Below are positions 58,365-64,000 of a stretch of DNA of 64,000 bases, piece after piece. The stretch's first letter is position 1, and every line of letters starts with the position of its first letter. Source of the DNA: a virus; IMG/VR virus record IMGVR_UViG_3300042879_004946, positions 44,458 through 108,457 of that record; one strand, written 5' to 3'. The notes beneath the pieces were generated by a model. It had not been told where the DNA came from. It searched no databases and was given only the letters and a program-made list of their open reading frames with translations. Made by a program: the position numbers and the translations under genes.

Positions 58365-58940
58365 TTATAACTTTACTTTTTCAATTATATTTTTTACTTG
58401 TTGTAAATTAAACTCACAGTCTCTTTTGTATCTTTGTAATCTATCAATTATATAGTATTGTTCATGTTTATCATCTATTAGATTTTCATCGGTAGTTGGG
58501 TACCCGCTATGTAATGTCCAATAATCTTTATGAATATAAATTGGGTTTAATTTACTTTGTGGTGGTCTTATTAACATAATTGTACCACCATCCCTAATAG
58601 TTGATATATTGTATATTGACCATAGGACACCACCTTCTTTAACATACTCTTTAATATAACCTTCTTTTTCAAAAATATCAACTTCTGGGAATATAAGTTT
58701 AGCTGAATTATTTGGTGTAAAGTTTACCCTATCGTATCCTGATGTTATAATTTCGAAATCAACTTCCAAACCTTCTTTAAGTACGTTATATTTAATTTCA
58801 CCATCTTTAATGTACTTGATTGAATTACTATCATTAGATAGTTCTGTATAAGACCAATGCCATCCGTGACCGAATGAATGTAAATCGGACCATTTTACCA
58901 TCCAAATGCCTTGTTCGTCCCTTGTTAATATTCCTTTCAT
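58365..58940 (-). CDS. Hypothetical protein
   Basis: 191-aa ORF. Confidence 0.6.
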   Translation of the reverse strand: MKGILTRDEQGIWMVKWSDLHSFGHGWHWSYTELSNDSNSIKYIKDGEIKYNVLKEGLEVDFEIITSGYDRVNFTPNNSAKLIFPEVDIFEKEGYIKEYVKEGGVLWSIYNISTIRDGGTIMLIRPPQSKLNPIYIHKDYWTLHSGYPTTDENLIDDKHEQYYIIDRLQRYKRDCEFNLQQVKNIIEKVKL

Positions 58941-58963
58941 AACTTAATTTTTTATTATATAAC

Positions 58964-59836
58964 TTATATCGCTAACTCTAATTTTGAATTTAATTTAGTG
59001 ATGCCTTCCGTTCCAACAATTTCAAAATCATCAATAATGTAATGATAAAAATTCTTATTTTCTTTTAAGATTAATTTTGGTTGAATATCCAATGGTGTTT
59101 TATTTAATAACTCGGAAACCGCATCAAAATGTCTGTCGTAAATGTGAAGATTCTGAACCAAATGACAAAATTTACCAACCTTGTAATTGCAATGTTGAGC
59201 AACCATCATTAAAAGAGCCAGATATTGTACCTTATTAATGTAACCGGCAACTAAATAATCTGATGAGCGTTGAATTAATGTCATATCAAGAATTAATCCG
59301 TCGCCGCTCTTTCTTACCGAAAACATAACTTCATAAGCACAAGGATGGAGCCCTTTTGTTTCCTCCAGATCTGAATACTGGTACATATTAATAATGTGTC
59401 TACGACTAAATGGATCTTTTAATAAACCACTCAATAATTTATCCATCAATTGGTATTTAGCGATCGTTCTTCCGTATCTTTGGCCAATTGTACCATCACC
59501 AATGTCCCATTCGTCCCACCAATTAATTCCCATTTTATGGGCAACATCAAGTGATGATGATTGTTCTTGGTATATCCAAAATACTTCACTTATTCCCGTC
59601 TTAATTGCGGTGTTTCTTATAGTTGGAATAGGAAATTCCCCTTTTGATATATCATATTCTTCAAACACTTGTGTTATAAATCTAGAATAAGCTGGTGTTC
59701 CGTCAGGGTATTTTGGCCTTGGATTTTCATCCCAAGAACCTTCTGACATAATTTTTTGAATATTTTGGATATAGTATTTATCAGCTTTATTAAACATCTT
59801 ATGTGTTTTTATAAGTCCATGAATAGGGTGCTCCAC
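58964..59836 (-). CDS. thyA: Thymidylate synthase
   Basis: SRRHI, LHPC, QRSSD, IN..QY, HIYDRH. Confidence 0.92.
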   Translation of the reverse strand: MEHPIHGLIKTHKMFNKADKYYIQNIQKIMSEGSWDENPRPKYPDGTPAYSRFITQVFEEYDISKGEFPIPTIRNTAIKTGISEVFWIYQEQSSSLDVAHKMGINWWDEWDIGDGTIGQRYGRTIAKYQLMDKLLSGLLKDPFSRRHIINMYQYSDLEETKGLHPCAYEVMFSVRKSGDGLILDMTLIQRSSDYLVAGYINKVQYLALLMMVAQHCNYKVGKFCHLVQNLHIYDRHFDAVSELLNKTPLDIQPKLILKENKNFYHYIIDDFEIVGTEGITKLNSKLELAI

Positions 59837-59837
59837 C

Positions 59838-60140
59838 TTAATATGGTGTACTTGTGGTGTTTGTTTTTATTTTACCGCTATTTCTATCAACAAGTTTATT
59901 TCCGATAACACAACCACAAATTCCACTTCCACCATTTTTAGGGTTACAACCACAAATTTCAAAATAAGGAACTTTATCATCAACAGGTTTATTGGTTGGT
60001 TGATTTGGCACAAAAAAGGGTGGTGTTGATTCTGATGCGTATAAATCGATTAGTCTATACACCTCTACTTTAAATTGTGAAATGGTTTCACTCCTTTCAA
60101 ACTCAACTTCAATTAATTTTTTTAAGGTTTCTATATTCAT
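59838..60140 (-). CDS. Hypothetical protein with Cys motif
   Basis: ICGCNPKNGGSGICGC. Confidence 0.6.
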   Translation of the reverse strand: MNIETLKKLIEVEFERSETISQFKVEVYRLIDLYASESTPPFFVPNQPTNKPVDDKVPYFEICGCNPKNGGSGICGCVIGNKLVDRNSGKIKTNTTSTPY

Positions 60141-60176
60141 TTTTCTTTTGTTAATGTGTACACCGAATTTTTAGTT

Positions 60177-60638
60177 TTAATGTGTGTTGTTTATTAAACT
60201 AATGCCATGCTTGATACCGAAAATAAATTCTGAAATTTCGTGGTCTTTTATATTTTCTATAGATTTACCTATAGCAATACCGATTTCATTTCCAATATCG
60301 GAGATATCACCATTATTATATTTAACAATCATAAGCATTTGACTAATACTTTTTAATGTTTTTTGAAAATCGAGTTCTCTATCAGAATGTTCGTAAGCTC
60401 CATCAGGGCCTATTTGAAAATCATCACTAATATATGGAGGTTCTTCTTCCAATCCATCCATTAAAGTAACATCCCAGTGTCCCAATTCTTCTTCATACTC
60501 ATCAAGAGATCTAAGACCGTTATGAGGTGGTGGAAGTTCCATATTAGAAAATTTCCATTCAGACCATTCTTCAAAAGTAAATGTGGATTCTGGATTTTCT
60601 TTAAGATAGTTTTGATATTGTGTTTGTAGAGTACTCAT
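60177..60638 (-). CDS. Hypothetical protein
   Basis: ORF with promoter motif at 60654-60662. Confidence 0.6.
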   Translation of the reverse strand: MSTLQTQYQNYLKENPESTFTFEEWSEWKFSNMELPPPHNGLRSLDEYEEELGHWDVTLMDGLEEEPPYISDDFQIGPDGAYEHSDRELDFQKTLKSISQMLMIVKYNNGDISDIGNEIGIAIGKSIENIKDHEISEFIFGIKHGISLINNTH

Positions 60639-60687
60639 AATTATTTTCTATGCTATAAATATACGAATAAAAATTTAGTAAGCCAAA

Positions 60688-61488
60688 TTAAATGGGTAAA
60701 TTAACTTTGTTTAAGAGTTGATTTGAAACATGTGTGTAAATTTCTGTTGTTTTCACATTAGAGTGTCCTAATATTTTCTGAATTATTTTTAAATCAGTAC
60801 CATTCTCTAAAAGATTTGTTGCACAACTATGTCTCAACTGGTGGATGTGATATTTCTCACCTAAATATTTTTTAACAATTTTATTACAACTCCCTGAACT
60901 ATATTTTAAACTATTCTGACCGTTGAATAGGTACTCTTTAGGTTTATATTTTATAAAATATTCTCTAAGTAATTCCAAAATTTTTTGTGATAGAGGAACC
61001 ACTCTGTCTTTTCTACCTTTGGCGTTTTTAATATGGATAATCATTCTTTTGGAATCGATATCTTCAATTTTAAGGTTAATTACTTCAGACACTCTTAATC
61101 CAACTGAATAGGTTAAAGATAATATTGATTTGTGTTTAATATTTTCAATTTTAGATAATTGTTCTTTAATATATTCTCCATCAATAACCTGTGGTAATTT
61201 CTTCTCTGATTTGGGTCTCTTAAATGAGACTTTATCGTATTTCTTATTAAGTCCGAATTTGTAGAGGAAACGGATTGCATTTATTACTTGATTTTGTTGA
61301 GAAACTGAGGTGAATTGATAATTATCTAAATAAGATTGGAAATCATTAGATGTTAATCTTGTTGGTGGTATTGAAGCACCCTCCAAAAATTGATTTATGT
61401 AAAAAAGGTAGGATTTTATTGATCTATCCGAGTAGTTTAAGTACTTCAATTTTTGATTACAAATTTTGTAATAATCTGTTTTTTTCAT
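60688..61488 (-). CDS. Tyrosine recombinase; candidate integron-like integrase
   Basis: SAM-like N-terminal domain (YSDRSIKSY), GLRVSE, KGRKDR, HQLRH, LGH, TTEIY; abuts the cassette array. Confidence 0.9.
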   Translation of the reverse strand: MKKTDYYKICNQKLKYLNYSDRSIKSYLFYINQFLEGASIPPTRLTSNDFQSYLDNYQFTSVSQQNQVINAIRFLYKFGLNKKYDKVSFKRPKSEKKLPQVIDGEYIKEQLSKIENIKHKSILSLTYSVGLRVSEVINLKIEDIDSKRMIIHIKNAKGRKDRVVPLSQKILELLREYFIKYKPKEYLFNGQNSLKYSSGSCNKIVKKYLGEKYHIHQLRHSCATNLLENGTDLKIIQKILGHSNVKTTEIYTHVSNQLLNKVNLPI

Positions 61489-61546
61489 TACTAAAACATT
61501 GGTTTTAAAGGGTTTTTAGCCACTTGTTGATATATGATAGTTATAG
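61489..61546 (+). other. attI-like primary recombination site
   Basis: GTTATAG at 61540-61546, 51 bp upstream of the integrase ATG. It is complementary to the left core of the first attC and has no hairpin arm of its own. Confidence 0.65.
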
Positions 61547-61879
61547 TGAATTTTGTTTCTTCCACTTATCTAATTCTTCTCGTGTTGGTGCCGAATATAT
61601 ATCTTCGTGTATATTATTGTAGTTTTTTAATTTACCAACATAAATACCCTTATCACCAGCATACATTATACCAACTTCATCTTCTGATAATTCTTTACCT
61701 AAATAATAGTGGAATGTTGGTAAATTAAAACCAACTTTCTTTAATTTTTTAGCAGATTTCTTATCAACTACATCACCAACAAAACTCACTATAACATCAG
61801 ATATATTCAATTTTTTCTTTGAATTTTCTGTAAGGAAGTTCCTAAAGTTGTCAATGTGTTCTCTCATTTCTTTGCTCAT
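61541..61879 (-). CDS. Cassette 1 ORF (starts in the attC1 loop)
   Basis: MSKEMREHID..LTE..NISDV; the stop TAA is the TTA of the 61540 core. Confidence 0.8.
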   Translation of the reverse strand: MSKEMREHIDNFRNFLTENSKKKLNISDVIVSFVGDVVDKKSAKKLKKVGFNLPTFHYYLGKELSEDEVGIMYAGDKGIYVGKLKNYNNIHEDIYSAPTREELDKWKKQNSL

Positions 61880-61945
61880 AATTTTATTTTATATATAAAT
61901 ATTGAAAATTCAGAAAAAACTAAATATATCTGAGTATCGTTAGTG
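61789..61945 (+). other. attC-like site 1
   Basis: CTATAAC-A-TCAGATATATT..AATATATCTGA-GTATC-GTTAGTG. Confidence 0.75.
61894..61902 (-). promoter_or_regulatory. ATATTTATA motif inside the attC1 loop
   Basis: 14 bp upstream of ATG 61879. Confidence 0.6.
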
Positions 61946-61951
61946 ATAATT

Positions 61952-62173
61952 TTATTTTGAATATTTGTGTTTGAACCATTTTTCAAATTCTTCTAACAAT
62001 TCTTCTTCATTATAAGGTTGATTACTAATACTTGTGAAAGCATAGTGTGAAAATGCTTCAAACAAGTCTTTTTTAGTAAAACTATCACTAACATCAGATA
62101 TATTCAAGTTTTCTGATTCAGTTAGTTTAAACTTGTTAAATTTGTCTATGTGTTGTCTCATTTCTTTGCTCAT
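61952..62173 (-). CDS. Cassette 2 ORF (starts in the attC2 loop)
   Basis: MSKEMRQHID..LTE..NISDV. Confidence 0.8.
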   Translation of the reverse strand: MSKEMRQHIDKFNKFKLTESENLNISDVSDSFTKKDLFEAFSHYAFTSISNQPYNEEELLEEFEKWFKHKYSK

Positions 62174-62230
62174 AATTTTGTTTTATATATAAATATCAGA
62201 AAACCTAAATATATCTGAGAAACGTTAGGT
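62086..62230 (+). other. attC-like site 2
   Basis: CACTAAC-A-TCAGATATATT..AATATATCTGA-GAAAC-GTTAGGT. Confidence 0.75.
62188..62196 (-). promoter_or_regulatory. ATATTTATA motif inside the attC2 loop
   Basis: 14 bp upstream of ATG 62173. Confidence 0.6.
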
Positions 62231-62271
62231 GCAATAAAAAATAAATTTCCCACCGCACCCTACCATCAACA

Positions 62272-62583
62272 TTAGTCCTCAAATTCAAAATATTCATCCT
62301 GTGCTGGAATAATCTTTCCATAAATAGGTTCTGACTTATTCCATTTACCATCAACACAACTGTAAATGATTTTCACAGCCCTTTCATCGTGATAAGGCGG
62401 CAATCCTCCAGTTCTTGAAAATTGTGAAGTTTGAGTGTAAATCATTTCGATTGTTTCTCCTACCTCATTTACCTCTTTGAATACCATTGGATTCCATAAT
62501 CCACCGTGTGCCGTTGTTCCGCTTGCAATCGTTGATGTCATTGCACCTGAAGCTGTGTTTGTTTTAATGTTTAATGTTTCCAT
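62272..62583 (-). CDS. Cassette 3 ORF, hypothetical
   Basis: Single ORF between cores 62224 and 62634. Confidence 0.75.
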   Translation of the reverse strand: METLNIKTNTASGAMTSTIASGTTAHGGLWNPMVFKEVNEVGETIEMIYTQTSQFSRTGGLPPYHDERAVKIIYSCVDGKWNKSEPIYGKIIPAQDEYFEFED

Positions 62584-62633
62584 TTTCGTGTTATTTAAAA
62601 TTTAAGCCCACGCTAAATTTATTTTTTACAGAC

Positions 62634-62731
62634 ACCTAACAGCAGGTAGGCAAAATGCCGCTATGAGCCTGAGTGCTTTGATTTAAAATTTGTGGTAAGC
62701 GGCACTATCGCCTACCTGCAAAACGTTAGGC
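62634..62731 (+). other. attC-like site 3 (98 bp)
   Basis: ACCTAAC-A-GCAGGTAGGC..TGCCGCT..AGCGGCA..GCCTACCTGC-AAAAC-GTTAGGC; canonical RYYYAAC/GTTRRRY. Confidence 0.85.
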
Positions 62732-62736
62732 ACAAT

Positions 62737-62985
62737 TTATGAAATGGTAATAGGTTTTACTATAACCGTTGCGCCATAACTTGCAAAATCAGTTGCACTA
62801 TATGTACCATCTTTTCGTTCTCTAAGTTCTGTATCTTTATGAAAGAACCTTGTTTTGATATAATTAGTTGCAACTGATTTTGCTTCATCTAAATCAAACT
62901 TATAACCTAATTCTTCAAACACCATTTCATCTGAGTCTCTGGTCGTGTCTGCCAAATTTCGCTCTGTGTAAATTCTATATGCCAT
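62737..62985 (-). CDS. Cassette 4 ORF, hypothetical
   Basis: Fills the cassette almost exactly. Confidence 0.75.
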   Translation of the reverse strand: MAYRIYTERNLADTTRDSDEMVFEELGYKFDLDEAKSVATNYIKTRFFHKDTELRERKDGTYSATDFASYGATVIVKPITIS

Positions 62986-62995
62986 AATAAACTGT

Positions 62996-63119
62996 GCCTA
63001 ACAAAGTGTATAAGCAATAGCCGTTAGGCATTTTAAACTATTGCAGTTGTTAATATTTAATTTTCTACTTCTAATTAAGTTTTGTGTTCGGCTACTGCTC
63101 ATACACTCAACCGTTATGT
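62996..63119 (+). other. attC-like site 4 (124 bp)
   Basis: GCCTAAC-AA-AGTGTATAAGCAATAGCCG..CGGCTACTGCTCATACACT-CAACC-GTTATGT. Confidence 0.85.
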
Positions 63120-63134
63120 TTAATTTTAAAAATT

Positions 63135-63503
63135 TTATGATTGTTTTATACAAAACTTATCATTTAATTCTTTTGACCATTCTTGTAACGAACCCATATT
63201 GCTATCAACCCTTACCCAATCACCATAAGTTTTGTGTTCCCAATAAATAGAACCATCATATTTTTCATTGTATAAAAACTTACTTTCATTGTCTTGTTTT
63301 TCATTCCAAGTTTCACCATCATTTATCATAAAAGTAATTTTCTCACCTTGTTTAAGTTTTGAAATAATATCTTTTATAGAATATCCTTCTCTGTTAATTG
63401 CTAAATTAACTTTATTTACATTATTGTAATCAAAATCATATTCAAAACTTAAACCACTATCAAGTAAGTTTTTTATTTCTATTTCTGCTTTTTTTGTTTC
63501 CAT
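63135..63503 (-). CDS. Cassette 5 ORF, hypothetical (122 aa)
   Basis: ATG 63503 (METKK) is preferred; the longer call runs through attC5. Confidence 0.7.
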   Translation of the reverse strand: METKKAEIEIKNLLDSGLSFEYDFDYNNVNKVNLAINREGYSIKDIISKLKQGEKITFMINDGETWNEKQDNESKFLYNEKYDGSIYWEHKTYGDWVRVDSNMGSLQEWSKELNDKFCIKQS

Positions 63504-63542
63504 ATATTTATTTTTTATTTGTATAAAATTTTTAAAACTAAA

Positions 63543-63596
63543 ACATAACAACAAATAAAACACATTAAAACGATGTTTTATTTGCAACCGTTATGT
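63543..63596 (+). other. attC-like site 5 (54 bp)
   Basis: ACATAAC-AA-CAAATAAAACA..TGTTTTATTTG-CAACC-GTTATGT. Confidence 0.8.
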
Positions 63597-63830
63597 GTAA
63601 TGATTTATAACAATATCACAAAGAATTTTAGAAGTAGTCTTTATATCTTCCACTTGTTTATTTATAAATTCATCTTTAGTAATTATACCTTTCATCAATT
63701 CTTTATGAATTAACGTTATATAAAAATTGTGTCTAATTAATTCCTTTTCGAAATCACTACACATAACATCAGATATATGTAATTTTTTATCTGTGTTATC
63801 AACTTCTGTGTTATTATTTACTTCTTCCAT
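63591..63830 (-). CDS. Cassette 6 ORF (starts in the attC6 loop)
   Basis: ..KKLHISDVM..; the stop TAA is the TTA of core 63590. Confidence 0.75.
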   Translation of the reverse strand: MEEVNNNTEVDNTDKKLHISDVMCSDFEKELIRHNFYITLIHKELMKGIITKDEFINKQVEDIKTTSKILCDIVINHYT

Positions 63831-63890
63831 ATTATTTAAGTTTTATGTTTCAATTTAAGAAAAAACTACATATATCTGTGACCGTTATAT
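63761..63890 (+). other. attC-like site 6
   Basis: ACATAAC-AT-CAGATATATGTA..TACATATATCTG-TGACC-GTTATAT. Confidence 0.75.
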
Positions 63891-64000
63891 GCAATTTTCA
63901 GTTTGTTTTGAATTATTTAATAAATCTGCATCGCACCCAATAAATAATATCACCATTTGGTTCGTGTTGTGTATATAAAGATAGAAAATAACATTTGGTA

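Larger units (their letters stand above)
61541..64000 (+). mobile_element. Gene-cassette array: 61541-61939, 61940-62224, 62225-62725, 62726-63113, 63114-63590, 63591-63884, and a 7th from 63885 running off the window
   Basis: Each unit starts at G^TTA, holds one minus-strand ORF and ends in a TAAC..GTTA hairpin whose left core complements the unit's own start. Confidence 0.85.

Noticed and set aside
60688-61488. Ordinary prophage integrase or XerC/D
   Set aside because: Not excluded by the protein sequence alone, but it directly abuts a GTT core and six attC-bounded units, and phage genes continue on its other side.
63023-63029. Additional GTTAGGC core inside attC4
   Set aside because: It lies at the end of the left arm with no matching hairpin or cassette ORF, so it was not counted as a separate site.
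63041-63250. Plus-strand ORF in canonical cassette orientation (also 61534..61728)
   Set aside because: It crosses att sites and overlaps better minus-strand ORFs that fit the cassette boundaries.
1-64000. cas genes serving the mini-arrays
   Set aside because: No Cas1/Cas2/Cas9/Cas12 motifs or paired HEPN RxxxxH motifs were recognised, including in the 931-aa ORF. They could lie outside the window or in the host.
1-64000. Stop-codon reassignment as in some large phages
   Set aside because: Conserved genes are full length in the standard code, and TAA, TAG and TGA all end genes at sensible coupled boundaries.

Overview
This window is AT-rich DNA from a large T4-like/jumbo tailed phage. The host is probably Bacteroidota, inferred from a DUF4494-like gene, a type II glutamine synthetase and type VI-B-like repeats. 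Left arm (+ strand): exonuclease, dUTPase, SET-domain protein, HslV-like protease, a ~19 kb glycan-biosynthesis region (GT2/GT25/GT11/GT10/GT17/GT-B, RfbH, RmlD-like, GME-like epimerase, radical SAM, methyltransferases), PhoH, a sigma factor and baseplate-type genes. Middle and right (mostly - strand): head module with major capsid protein, scaffold, prohead protease, portal (two HNH inteins, one Pro-initiated) and terminase (Gln-ending intein), plus glutamine synthetase, a nucleotidyltransferase and ThyA. Two structures stand out. (1) Two paralogous ~125-aa genes (27.7 kb and 36.7 kb) whose last codons are the first 36-nt repeat of a CRISPR-like mini-array with 29-30-nt spacers; no cas gene is in the window. 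(2) From 60.7 kb to the window end, an integron-like system: a tyrosine recombinase lacking the IntI-specific insertion, an attI-like site and at least six cassettes bounded by attC-like hairpins. All cassette ORFs are inverted. In three cassettes the ORF starts inside the attC loop, and in two of these the loop also carries the phage's own promoter motif. A structured intergenic element at 51.4-51.5 kb is nearly complementary to 23S rRNA helix 69. All calls come from motif reading by eye; no database searches were run.
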